A DNA stretch of 64,000 nucleotides from Ostreococcus lucimarinus. Its lineage: Eukaryota. Of the stretch, positions 52,201 through 62,514 are shown piece by piece. Made by a program: the position numbers and the translations under genes. A model generated the notes under the pieces. The model did no database searches. It saw only the letters and a list, made by a program, of their open reading frames with translations, and was not told the DNA's origin. Location of the stretch: NCBI GenBank assembly GCA_000092065.1, contig CP000588.1; one strand, given 5' to 3'. The stretch's first letter is position 1, and each line of letters starts with the position of its first letter.

Positions 52201-53241
52201 ATGCCTCGCGCCACGAAACGTAAGCGCACCGCGCCACGCGCGAAACCCACGAAACCCGCGAAAGAGGACAACATCGACGCGTCCGCGCGCAAGCGTCGTC
52301 GCACGACGAAGAAGCCACCGCGCGCAGACGAAAACCGGGGTTCTTACTTGCCGAACGATGTATGGAGCATCATCTTGGACAAACTCGTGCACCAGGCGTT
52401 TGGCCCGATCAAGCGCACGGTTTTCGAGGGTCCCGCGGACGTCCCCGTGGCGCGTGAAGTCGATCGAAGCGCGACTGTGTTTAAAGCTCGAGCCAAGGCG
52501 CTGCTCGCGCTTCGATGCGTGAATAAACAGTTGCGCGCGCTTCTCGGAAGCGACTTTGGCGAGACGCTGTACGCGACGTGCAACGAGAGAGCGCGACATT
52601 ACACGGATGTGCTCGATAGCCGCGATCTTCGCCCTGCGAGTATGCTTGAGCGACATATGTGTTATTTCGCGCACACGACTGGATGCCAGAAGTGCGACAA
52701 GCACCGGACCATGCGAAAGCCAAATTTTACATTTGGCGTTCGCATGTGCAAGGAATGCTTACGGAAACGCACGGTCATCGATCGCGAGTTAGAAAATGAG
52801 TATTCGCTCTGGGCTTACTTGAACGAAATCTTCGCACGATTACCGCACGATGTCGTCAAGGGATGGTCTGCGTACTACAAGGAAGAGTACTACATGAAAA
52901 GGCTCTGGCGCGCGAGCGTGGCGAATCTCGTCGACGAGCTCCGTCGTCCAAAGGCCGCGCCCGCCGCGCATGAAACCGCCCGCGCGAAGGCCAAGTCCGC
53001 CAAGACGCGCGCGCGCGCGCTCACGGACGACCAAAAGCGCGCCGAGCGTAAGGCGACGATCGACGCAATCTTGGCTCCGCTCGCGAAGCCCGGCGTCGAT
53101 TTCGCGCGCAGCGCGCTCTACCGCGCGCAAATCGCCGTCCCGCGGCTCCTCGCCTCCGTCGACGCCTTCGCCTGGCGCCACGCCCCGCACATTCTCGACG
53201 AGCTCGCGAGCGACGCCTCGCCGTCCGACGCCGACGCGTGA
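52201..53241 (+). CDS. hypothetical protein with a basic N-terminal nuclear-localisation-like patch and an F-box-like segment
   Basis: The start is MPRATKRKRTAPRAKPTKPAKED. The F-box-like segment is LPNDVWSIILDKLV. A Cys/His cluster CYFAHTTGCQKCDKH...CKEC follows. Confidence 0.35.
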   Translation: MPRATKRKRTAPRAKPTKPAKEDNIDASARKRRRTTKKPPRADENRGSYLPNDVWSIILDKLVHQAFGPIKRTVFEGPADVPVAREVDRSATVFKARAKALLALRCVNKQLRALLGSDFGETLYATCNERARHYTDVLDSRDLRPASMLERHMCYFAHTTGCQKCDKHRTMRKPNFTFGVRMCKECLRKRTVIDRELENEYSLWAYLNEIFARLPHDVVKGWSAYYKEEYYMKRLWRASVANLVDELRRPKAAPAAHETARAKAKSAKTRARALTDDQKRAERKATIDAILAPLAKPGVDFARSALYRAQIAVPRLLASVDAFAWRHAPHILDELASDASPSDADA

Positions 53242-53738
53242 GTCTCACGCGCGACGTCTCTTCCGACCGACGACTCTTCTGACGACCGACCGACCGACCG
53301 ACCGAGATCGCCGCCACGTCAGCGTGCCCACGCCGGGATCTTTATCTCGCCGCGCGCGGCACTTTTTCCCATATATCCGCGCGACGAATCTGTTTTACGA
53401 CGAAAAGTGAACACAAAAATCGCGACCCCGGACGCTTTTTCAGACACCCGGATTAAACCGGAAAAACCCGCGCCGGAGACCCCGCACTGCATCTCGCGCG
53501 TGCGTCGCGTGCGAACATCCCGACTCGCGCGGTGCGGTGCTGCCGGACGAAACATATTGTCCACGCGCGCGCGCGCGCTTTTGAAGCGCTGACGATCGCG
53601 CGTCGACGCGAATTCGCTGAGAATTCGAACGCACATCCGCGCGGGACGAACGTGCACTTTTCGCGCGAGTTTTTCGTCGCGCGGCGGGTGTGGCGACCGC
53701 GCGCGGACGGTGCGCGCGGGTGAATCGGACGCGGGAAT

Positions 53739-54955
53739 ATGACTTCGCCGATTCTCGTGCCGGGCGCGCACGGAGGAGAGTCCGCGAACGCGATGGACGG
53801 CGCGACGTCGCCGCCGCAACTCGGCGCGCCGCGAGAGGTTTGCCGCGATTTTTTAAAGGTGGGTCGTCTTGAGTCGTGACTCGTCGTTTTCGCGAAAAGA
53901 CCCTTTCGAGCTCGAGCGAGAAAACGGTCGATCTGGCGATCGATCGACGCGAATCGAGCGATGTGGTCGTGAAGATACTGACGATGGTGTGCGCGCTTCG
54001 CTTCGCGACGCAGGGAGCGTGTTTCCGGGAGAATTGTCGATACGCGCACGACGCGGCGGAGGGCGCGGCGGTGCCGACGCAGACGACGCAACCGGTTTGC
54101 AGAGACTATCAAAACGGTCGATGCTTCCGAGCTTCGTGCAGGTTTTATCACGGTTCCAACGCTGAGCAAGTAGCGGTGCAGCTTGGCGCGGGTAATCGAA
54201 TGTTCCCTGGATCCATCAACGGCGCGCAAGGGATGTACGGCGCCGCCACTGGCGACTTGTTGCACAACAAGAATCCGCAGTTGCACATGATGAACAGGAC
54301 GATGAATCTTCCCATGAACATGGTGGGCAACCCCGATCCCGCGGCTTTGCTTGGCGCCGACGCGAGTACTGCGGCTTTACTCGGAGGCAATTTGAGCTTG
54401 GAACAAGCGCTGTTTTTGCAAACGGCGATGGCAAACGGGACGGCGTACGATAATAACGCCGCGCTCACCGCCGTGGCCATGGCAAACGAGATTCTCCGAA
54501 GAAACGCCGCTGGACAGCAAGCACCGAACGGTAATTACGATATGAGCTCGATGTACGCGCAGCAAATGGCGACGGTGGTTGCGCAGCAGCAAGCGGCACT
54601 CGCACAGCAAATGGCTGCGGCGAATGGTCAATTGACAAACGGCGGCTTCGCCCCTCTCAACAACGGAGAGAAATTGTCGAAAGATGCCGGTGTTGGCGGT
54701 GCGTACCAACAAGCAGTTGCAGCAGCGAGCGCAGCGATGAACAATCCATCTGCCCCCGGTGAGCAATTTTCTTGGACTGGGATCGAATACGCCACAAACG
54801 GAGTCCACCAACAAAATCAATTTAAGCCAGTCGACTCCATCGCCGCGCTTCCGGATTCATTAGTCGACAATGATCTCTTTGGATTTGTCAACTCGGAAAT
54901 GTCAAACGCAGCCGCCGCGTTTGTTCCTGGATCTGCTTTGGGGAACCTCCAATGA
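53739..54955 (+). CDS. tandem CCCH zinc-finger protein (two C-x7-C-x4-C-x3-H fingers); two exons (about 53739..53858 and 54014..54955)
   Basis: Exon 1 reads M...PREVCRDFLK. The donor is GTGGGT and the acceptor is CGACGCAG. Exon 2 reads GACFRENCRYAHD...VCRDYQNGRCFRASCRFYHG, so finger 1 spans the intron. The C-terminal half is Gln/Ala/Asn/Met-rich low complexity. Track coordinates were used to fix a one-base ambiguity here. Confidence 0.55.
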
Positions 54956-55402
54956 CACAGCTCGCAGCTGCCGCGCGCTGTTGGATTTATTTTTCTCCGT
55001 GGTCGAGGCACTAACGTTTTGTTTGTGCGTGCACTTTTTGAGAGCCTCGATGACCTTGATACGATGAATTTTTGTGTATATTTAAGAGAAACCGGACTGG
55101 TACTGATACACGGCACTGGATTACATCCATTGTCCGAGTCAGTACGTCGTCCCATGGTTCGCTCGAACCGCCCGCTTCGCTGGCCCGTCGCTCAGCTCAT
55201 TTCCCTTAAAGATTAGTTTCATAGCCCCACTATCACGCGTAGCTCGTTAGTGGTGTCAATACAATTTTGTACAGTTTTGCTCCAAAACGCGGCGCGCGAT
55301 CGATGCATAAAGGCGACGTGTTGAATAAATGTGTTTGGTTATTTCCGAATTGTGGCTAATCTATCGCGCAGAAAGTTGATTCAAGCAAACAAACCTTCCT
55401 CT

Positions 55403-56483
55403 TTAAGCAGACAAGGCGGCGACTTCATCGCGCGCTTGCGGCACATCCACTTGCACGGACGGGCCCATGCTAGACGCAATGTACATGGAGCGCCAGTAGA
55501 CACCCTTAGCACCGACCGGACGGTTCGCGTCAATCGCGCCGACGACGGAGAGAAGGTTCTCCTTCAAGTCGGCGGCGCTGAAGCTGAGCTTACCAAACGG
55601 AACGTGCACGATACCTTGCTTATCCGCGCGGAACTCAACCTTACCCCCCTTGAACTCATTGACAGTCGTCGTGACGTCAGTAGTCACCGTACCCGCCTTT
55701 GGGTTCGGCATGAGACCCTTCGGGCCGAGCTGACGACCGAGCTTGGCCACCTTCGGCATCATATCCGGAGTGGCGACGAGCAAGTCAAAATCCATCATAC
55801 CGCCCGCAATCTCGTCAACCAAGTCATCATCACCCGCAAAGTCGGCACCCGCCGCTTTCGCCGCGGCGATGTTGTCGCCCGCGCACAAAACAGCGACGCG
55901 AACGTTCTTGCCCGTGCCCTTCGGCAACGCCACAGTCGCGCGCAACTGCTGGTCGTTGTACTTCGGGTCGATGTTCAATCGAATGTGCAGCTCGGCCGAT
56001 TCGTCAAACTTGGCCGTGGCCGAGCTCTTCATGAGTTCAATCGCCGCGCTCGCGCCCTGCGTCTCCAGGCGCGGCGGCACGGACTTTTGCGCGGCGCGGA
56101 ATCGCTTAGACTGCTTGGCCTCCTTGGAGCTCAAGCCATCCTTGCGAACCGCGCGCGTCGGCGCCGCCGCCTCTTGTTCGAGCTCAGAAAAGTCCAAACC
56201 CGCGGCGCGCACGACTATTCGTTCGAAAAAAGCAAAACATGCCGTTTAAGGTCAGTCTCTCATCGTCATCACTCGACGCGCGCCCCTCGATCCCCCCCCC
56301 CTCCGCGCTCGCCCCGTCGCGCGCGTCTGGGTTTTCACCCAGTCCAGGTTTAGGGTCTCCACCGACCCATCGTCGCCCGTCCCACCCCTCGCGCGCGCTC
56401 GCGCGCCCTCCCCGCCCCCTCGCGCGCGCGCCGTTCGCGCCGTAAAATTCACCACCACCACCCCTCCCTCGCGCCGTCGCCAT
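55403..56483 (-). CDS. organellar (bacterial-type) 50S ribosomal protein L1; proposed two exons (about 56483..56339 and 56214..55403)
   Basis: Exon 2 encodes the uL1 core [47 protein letters not shown]...[15 protein letters not shown]...FGKLSF. It has no in-frame ATG and is preceded by a pyrimidine-rich AATAG acceptor in phase 1. A candidate exon 1 ([10 protein letters not shown]...PKPGL) ends in phase 1 at a G|GTGAAAAC donor 124 bp upstream. The exon 1 choice and the start are uncertain. Confidence 0.55.
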
Positions 56484-56621
56484 CGCGTCGACGCATCGCG
56501 CGTCGCGCCCCTCGTCGTCGCCCCGTCGTCGCGTCGCGTCGCGGTCGCACCTCGCGTCCTCGTCGTCGTCCTCTTCGTCGCCGTCCCTCGCGCGGTCGTC
56601 GCGAGGGCGGAGTACTGCGTC

Positions 56622-57989
56622 GTGAGCGCGAACATCGTGCGTCGCGATCGGCGATCGGCGCGGTCGGCGCGTCGTCGAGTGCGGCGTCGGCGCCGTCGCG
56701 CGCGCGCGGAATCGATAACGTGGCGGCCCGTCGAGGGGGACTCGCGCTCGAGTCGGGACCCGTCGTCGAGCCCCAGCCACGTGCGCACAATCCAGGATGG
56801 GGTTTTGTTATTTCGCGACGCCCGCGACGCCGCGCGGCGACCGCGCGCGCGACCGCGACGCGCGCGATGCGCGCCGCGTCGAGGACCGCGCTCGACGCGC
56901 GCGCGCTCGCGACGCGCGCGGCGACGGGACGAGGACGACGACGCGACGCGACGGCGACGGCGAGCGTCGAAAAGATTCCGAGAGGAGGTGCGACGCGCGA
57001 AGACGCGCGCGCGACGCGATGCGAACGCGAGACGCGATGCGAGCGCGGGAAAAAAGGGGACTGACGATGCGACGCGCGCGCGCGAATCGCGCGCAGCGGG
57101 AGCGACGGGAGAGCGGACGCTCGCGGTGTGCCTGGGGAAGTTTGACGCGATGCACCGGGGACACCTCGCGCTCGCCGAGCGGGCGGCGACGAGGGGCGAC
57201 GTCGTCGTGGTGTCGTTTTCGGGGATGGCGGAGACGTTGGGGTGGGAAACGCGGTTGCCGATCACGGCGCCGAGCGATCGATCGCGCGTGTTGGCGATGT
57301 GGAGCGGGACGACGGGCGCGGCGGTGAGCGAGCACGCGTTGGCGTTCGGCGACGTGCGAGAGCTGTCGCCGGAGGCGTTCGTGGAGATGTTGGCGCGAAT
57401 GGGCGTCGGTGCGGTGGTGACTGGGAAAAATTATAGGTTTGGTTACAAAGCGGCGGGAGACGTCGAGGCTTTGAAGAGGTTTGGCGAGGCGAACGGGCTG
57501 ACGGTGGACGTCGTGGATTTGGTGCCGGCGCGGCGACCCTCGTCGGCGGGCCTAGGTGACCAAGTGAGCAGTTCGCGCATCAGAAGCGCGCTGAGCGCCG
57601 GTGATATCGACGAAGTGAACGAAATGTTAGGCCGTGAGCACAGAGTGGTGTGCGATATGACGGGAGAGCGCGCGGCGAACGCGCTTCGAGCCGCCGTCGA
57701 TCGCAACTTGGACGAGATTAACCTCTCGCTCGAATCCGCGGAAAATCAGCCCCCGAGCGACGGCGCGTACTCCGCGCGCGTGTACGTCGATCCAGTTTCT
57801 ACTGACACCGCCGTGTCCCCGCGAACGGTCTCCGTGAAGGTATCTTACGGCCGACTCTCCATCGACCGCGCCGACGTTCCCGAAATCGTGAGCGCCCGCG
57901 AGCGCGTCGCCATCGATTTCATTGCCCGCGAGAGTAAAGTCCACGCTTTCAGCGTCTCCGGTCGCTGGAACCCTAACGATCGAACCTAG
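56622..57989 (+). CDS. FAD synthetase (FMN adenylyltransferase, RibF N-terminal-domain type) with a long basic presequence
   Basis: The segment LAVCLGKFDAMHRGHLALAE (nucleotidyltransferase H-x-G-H) together with VVVSF, VTGKNYRFGYKAAGD and SSSRIRSALSAGD is colinear with bacterial or plastid FADS. The frame is open from 56622, but the true start or an upstream exon is unresolved. Confidence 0.6.
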   Translation: MSANIVRRDRRSARSARRRVRRRRRRARAESITWRPVEGDSRSSRDPSSSPSHVRTIQDGVLLFRDARDAARRPRARPRRARCAPRRGPRSTRARSRRARRRDEDDDATRRRRRASKRFREEVRRAKTRARRDANARRDASAGKKGTDDATRARESRAAGATGERTLAVCLGKFDAMHRGHLALAERAATRGDVVVVSFSGMAETLGWETRLPITAPSDRSRVLAMWSGTTGAAVSEHALAFGDVRELSPEAFVEMLARMGVGAVVTGKNYRFGYKAAGDVEALKRFGEANGLTVDVVDLVPARRPSSAGLGDQVSSSRIRSALSAGDIDEVNEMLGREHRVVCDMTGERAANALRAAVDRNLDEINLSLESAENQPPSDGAYSARVYVDPVSTDTAVSPRTVSVKVSYGRLSIDRADVPEIVSARERVAIDFIARESKVHAFSVSGRWNPNDRT

Positions 57990-58127
57990 CGGCCCAGCGT
58001 GCGGTTCTTTGAGATTTTAATCCTCGCGCTCGCTCACAATTTGTTCATTCATTCTTTTTTATTCAACATCGTAACGAAACGCCCTTTCGTGTCCCGTCCC
58101 GCACTTTGACACCCGCGGCGCGCCGCC

Positions 58128-60899
58128 ATGACCGCCACCGAAGGTGACGCGGAAGACAATAAAGTCTTCGTCGCCGTGCGCGTGCGTCCGCTGAACGCGA
58201 GCGAGCGCAACGCGAGCGCCAGCGCATGGAACGTCGTGTCGACGAACGCGATTGCGCCGCAGGTGCGTCGAAAGAAAAGAAACGAATCTAACGTCGTGAA
58301 CCGCTGCTTCCGCCGACGTTGCGCCGATGACGCTCGCGCACTCGTATGATGGGTCTCGAGCGTGAGCTACGGCGACGCGCGAGCGCGAAGGCGCGCGATG
58401 AAGACGCGCGATGATGAACGCGCGCTCGGGGGAACCAATCAGAATCTGACAAAGGCGCGCGCGGATGATTTTTACGCACGGCAGGATGGCGCGTCGACGA
58501 CGTACGCGTTCGATCGCGTGTTTGATGAAACGAGCGATAATAGAGCGGTGTACGAGGCGACGACGTCGAAGATAGTGCAGAACGTAATCGGGGGATTTAA
58601 CGGAACGGTGTTCGCGTACGGGCAGACGTCCAGCGGGAAGACGCACACGATGCACGGGACGAAGGAGGAGTTAGGGGTGATACCGCTCGCAGTGCGCGAT
58701 GTGTTTGATGCGGTACGAAGACACGGGAGCGATCGAGAGTTTTTGATTCGAGTGAGTTATTTGGAGATTTACAACGAGAAGATGATGGACTTGTTCGACG
58801 GCGCCGGAGAAGATGAAGAGACGTCAAAGTTGTCAATTCGTGAGGATAAAGAGCGAGGGACGTACGTGATGGGTCTGCGAGAAGAGGTCGTGACGACACC
58901 ATCGCAAGTGCTAGCGCTTCTAGAGCTCGGGACGACGCGCAGGCACGTCGGGGCGACGAATATGAACGCGCACTCGTCTCGTTCGCACACGATTTTCCGA
59001 ATGATCGTCGAGTCAAGGGCGATCAGTGGGGGGATGCAGGGCGGTGCCGACGACGGCGCTGCGGTTTTAGTGTCCACTTTAAACTTGGTCGATCTCGCCG
59101 GGTCCGAGCGCATGTCAAAAACGGGTGCCGAAGGGCAGCGTGCCAAGGAGGGCGCGCACATCAACAAGAGTTTGATGACGCTCGGAGTCGTCATCAACAA
59201 ACTTTCCGAAGGCGTCGAGTCCAAGGGAGGTCATATTCCCTATCGTGATTCAAAGTTGACTCGTATTTTACAGCCTGCGCTTGGTGGGAACTCCAAGACC
59301 GCCATCGTGTGCGCGATGACCCCGGCGGCGTCGCACTGCGAAGAGACGCACTCGACGCTGAAATTCGCCCAGCGCGCCAAACGCGTCGTCAACAAGGCGA
59401 CTAAGAACGAGGTCGCCGCGAATGGTGCCACGAATGCGATGCTGAAACGTCAACAGAAGGAAATAGCCGCGCTTAAAGCGCGTTTGGAAGAGGAAGGGTG
59501 CGCCAAAGTGGACGACAAAGCCATCGAGGCTTTGCGAAGGCGTCTAGCCGAAGCCGACCGTGAGAAGAATCTCATGGCGCTCGCCCTGGAGGACGGGGAA
59601 GAGAAGGCCAAGGAGCGCGAGGCGAAGATTTCCGAGCTCGAGGCAAAAGTAAAGGAGCTCAACGACGCGTTGAACGAAGCAAAGGCGCGAGACGAAGAAG
59701 AAGACCCACACACGGTTGAGGTGCGTTTGAATTCAAAACGCCTTTCGCCGGAACAGCAGTCACTCTCCGCGATGACGCCTGACACCCTTCAAGCCGTGCG
59801 GGCGTTCGAAGCGAAGATTGCGGCACTTGAAAAGGATCGCGATGAGCTAAAGTCCAAGGCGAGCGATCTCGAGCGCTCAGAGAAGCGTCGAGAGGAGCTC
59901 GAGCGTCAACGCCTGGATGCAGTGCGGGACATCGCCTCACTCAAGGAGGAAATCGCCGAAATAACCGCCGCGATGGTGGATAGCGATGGCACGAACGGCG
60001 CCGGGGATGTTCAAATACTTCTTGCACAAGCTAAACGCGCTCGTGCGCGCGCGGAAGACGAGCTTTCGAGTATCAAGGCGGAGTTTTTCGAGGAAAAGTC
60101 CCGGCGCGCCGTCGCCGAGGCGGAGGCCAAGCGTCTCGACGACAAACTTACGTCTTTACTCGAATCACAAAAGGACGGTGGGAATGCAGCGCACAGCAGT
60201 GATGTTGATTCCAAATCGTTGGCTCATTTGGCCCTGCGCAAGCAAGTCGTCAAGCAAAACGAAACCATCTCTTTGCTTGAGGCGCGCGTCAAGGAATCCG
60301 ACCAAATGCTTGACGAAGCCATCAAGGTGTACGAGGAGGAGGTGGCGAAGAACAAGCGGCTGATCGAGGCAGGTGTTGCGACGCAAGGTGATGAAATTCT
60401 AGCCGATCTTAACGCTGATGTCGATACGGACGCCGCCCTCGAAGCTTTAGAGGCGGAGCGACGCGCGAACGATGACTTGACCAAGCGGTGCGCAACGCTG
60501 GAGAAGAAATATTCCGTCGCCAAGGCTGCATTTGCCAAGCTCTCGAGTGAAAAGACAAAGGAAAATGACAACGCCAGCGATAAACTCAAGCGCGAAAACA
60601 AGGAGCTAAAGCGTCAAATGCACAAGCTCACTGAAGTCTACGCCCGACTGCGCGAGAAGTTTGCCGCGGGTGGTGACGCATTCGACAAAGTCAAGGACGC
60701 GACCGAGCTGAAGTACGATCTCCAGGCGCTCGAAAGAAAGCGGCAGATCGAGAAACAAGCACTCTTAGCGAAGATCAAGGAGTTCGAGGACATCGCCGCG
60801 TCGAACGGCCACGTATCTGAGCAAGGATCAGCGAAAAGGGTGAAGCGCGACTCGGGCGTCCCGCTCGCCGACGGCGCGAATCGACACCGAGTCGAGTGA
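58128..60899 (+). CDS. kinesin (N-terminal motor, CENP-E/kinesin-7-like, long coiled-coil tail); two exons (58128..58262 and 58443..60899)
   Basis: Exon 1 reads MTATEGDAEDNKVFVAVRVRPLNASE...NAIAPQ. The donor is CAG|GTGCGTCG and the acceptor is AATCAG. Exon 2 carries the P-loop GQTSSGKTHTM, switch I NAHSSRSH, switch II LVDLAGSE, and about 500 aa of coiled coil. The phase was checked against the track. Confidence 0.85.
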
Positions 60900-61071
60900 A
60901 GCGCGATAGAAATTGATGATTAATTTGTAATGACTACGAGCGATGATTATTTGATTGGTATCTTGCTGAAACTTCGAGTTCGCGCGCGGCTAGATGGACT
61001 GATGACAAAAATCGAGGTCGAACTACTCACCGCCGGTTTAGTCGTCCGGTGTACATCTTTCGCAAAGAGGT

Positions 61072-61088
61072 GGTGTTAAATGAACACC
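61072..61088 (-). terminator. putative histone mRNA 3' stem-loop (6 bp stem GGTGTT/AACACC, 5 nt loop) in the H2A 3' UTR, followed by a purine-rich element
   Basis: The sense-strand sequence TGGTGTTCATTTAACACCACCTCTTTGCGAAAGAT lies about 98 nt downstream of the H2A stop. A near-identical element sits downstream of H2B. Confidence 0.45.
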
Positions 61089-61185
61089 ATGTTTTTTTGT
61101 GAAACACGGCGAGAGCCCGATAATCGTGCCGGGCTTTTTTCGCTATGATCTATTTTTGAAAGCCTAAAGTAACGATTTAAACCGT

Positions 61186-61551
61186 TTACTTCTTGGACTT
61201 CTTCGGCAACAAGACCGAGTGGATGTTCGGGAGAACACCACCGGCCGCGATCGTGACGGTGCCGAGGAGCTTGGAAAGCTCTTCGTCGTTGCGGATCGCG
61301 AGTTGGATGTGGCGCGGCACGATGCGCGACTTCTTGTTGTCGCGGGACGCGTTGCCGGCGAGTTCAAGCACTTCCGCGGCCAAGTATTCGAGCACGGCGG
61401 CCAAGTAGACCGGCGCACCGGCACCGACGCGCGTGGCGTACTTGCCAGCCTTCAAGTAGCGGGCAACACGGCCAACCGGGAATTGCAAGCCCGCCTTGGC
61501 GGATCGGCTCGTCGCCTTCTTGCCAGTCTTTCCTTTACCTCGTCCGGACAT
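61186..61551 (-). CDS. H2A: histone H2A
   Basis: [97 protein letters not shown]... is a canonical H2A. The gene has no intron. Confidence 0.95.
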   Translation of the reverse strand: MSGRGKGKTGKKATSRSAKAGLQFPVGRVARYLKAGKYATRVGAGAPVYLAAVLEYLAAEVLELAGNASRDNKKSRIVPRHIQLAIRNDEELSKLLGTVTIAAGGVLPNIHSVLLPKKSKK

Positions 61552-61919
61552 CGTGAGTTGTTTGTATTCGCGTGATGGAATGACGCCGGGGCAGACGCCA
61601 ACCGTCGCGACGACGAAAATTTCGCGAAAATCGACTCATCGCCTCACGCGATGTCGCCGTCGCGAGCCAATCAAAACGCGAGTGTACCCGGGGTACATTT
61701 CTAAAACGACCGATCATGATTCAAAATCGTGCGCGCAATTTCTTCATTTACACGTAATCTCGCGATTTGATTGGCTAAAAACGCGAGAGTCACTCCATTT
61801 GACGAGTCATGACCCCTAGATTGTGCACGAAAAATGCGTGAGTCGATTTCGCGAAATCGGCGCTCGTGCGCGCGCGACGACGGCGGCCGGCGTCATTCCA
61901 CGACACGAATACATTCAAA
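61552..61919. promoter_or_regulatory. bidirectional histone H2A/H2B promoter with mirrored TTTCGCGAAA palindromes and CCAAT boxes
   Basis: GAGTCGATTTTCGCGAAATTTTCG lies on the minus strand at about 61608-61635, and GAGTCGATTTCGCGAAATCGGCG on the plus strand at about 61838-61860. Each lies about 60-80 bp upstream of its ATG. CCAAT/ATTGG boxes are at about 61665 and 61762. Confidence 0.55.
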
Positions 61920-62258
61920 ATGGCCAAGAAGCCCGCGCAAAAGAAGCCCTCGGGCGCCAAGAAGGTTGGACGCAAGTCCAAGTCCGAAACCTACAAGATC
62001 TACATCTACAAGGTCTTGAAGCAAGTGCACCCGGACACCGGTATCTCCTCCAAGGCGATGTCCATCATGAACTCGTTCATCAACGACATCTTCGAGAAGA
62101 TCGCCACGGAAGCCGCCAAGCTCGCGCGATACAACAAGAAGCCGACGGTCACGTCCCGCGAAATCCAAACCGCGGTCCGATTGATCTTGCCGGGTGAACT
62201 CGCCAAGCACGCCGTCTCCGAAGGCACCAAGGCCGTCACCAAGTTCACCTCCGCGTAA
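61920..62258 (+). CDS. H2B: histone H2B
   Basis: [112 protein letters not shown] is a canonical H2B. The ATG at 61920 was checked. Confidence 0.95.
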   Translation: MAKKPAQKKPSGAKKVGRKSKSETYKIYIYKVLKQVHPDTGISSKAMSIMNSFINDIFEKIATEAAKLARYNKKPTVTSREIQTAVRLILPGELAKHAVSEGTKAVTKFTSA

Positions 62259-62351
62259 GCGTTTTGAACTGGGACGTCTGTCACACTTAGAAATCAAAAA
62301 AAACCAAAATCATAGACCGCTTCTCGACCGAGAGTCTGTCTTTAAACATTT

Positions 62352-62367
62352 GGTGTTCATTAACACC
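62352..62367 (+). terminator. putative histone mRNA 3' stem-loop (GGTGTT CATT AACACC) in the H2B 3' UTR, followed by a purine-rich element
   Basis: TTTGGTGTTCATTAACACCACCTCTGAGCGAAAGAT lies about 94 nt downstream of the H2B stop. The architecture (6 bp stem, 4 nt loop, then ACC, then a GAAAGA-like purine element) mirrors the metazoan histone stem-loop plus downstream-element arrangement. Confidence 0.45.
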
Positions 62368-62514
62368 ACCTCTGAGCGAAAGATCCGTGCCTACATAAAA
62401 CTAAACCGCTTCACCGCGCCAAAGTAAACAATTTGGCGACGCGTTTGAATTCAAAATATCCGCCCCGAGTCGCGCGCACTGCCCTATGTAAGTGTTACAT
62501 GTCTTCTACGTTGT

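Noticed and set aside
9304-57989. RIBA (riboflavin synthesis), flavodoxin (FMN protein) and FAD synthetase all occur in one window, which could suggest a flavin-metabolism gene cluster.
   Set aside because: The three genes are 3-47 kb apart, on different strands, with many unrelated genes between them. Eukaryotic nuclear genes are not organised in operons. This was considered coincidence, although the flavodoxin island is flagged separately.
61113-61134. Inverted repeat AGCCCG(N10)CGGGCT followed by a T-run between the kinesin and H2A 3' ends, resembling a rho-independent terminator.
   Set aside because: This is a eukaryotic nuclear context. The better-conserved stem-loop shared by both histone genes (61072-61088 and 62352-62367) is the more plausible 3' processing element. 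This hairpin has no second copy.
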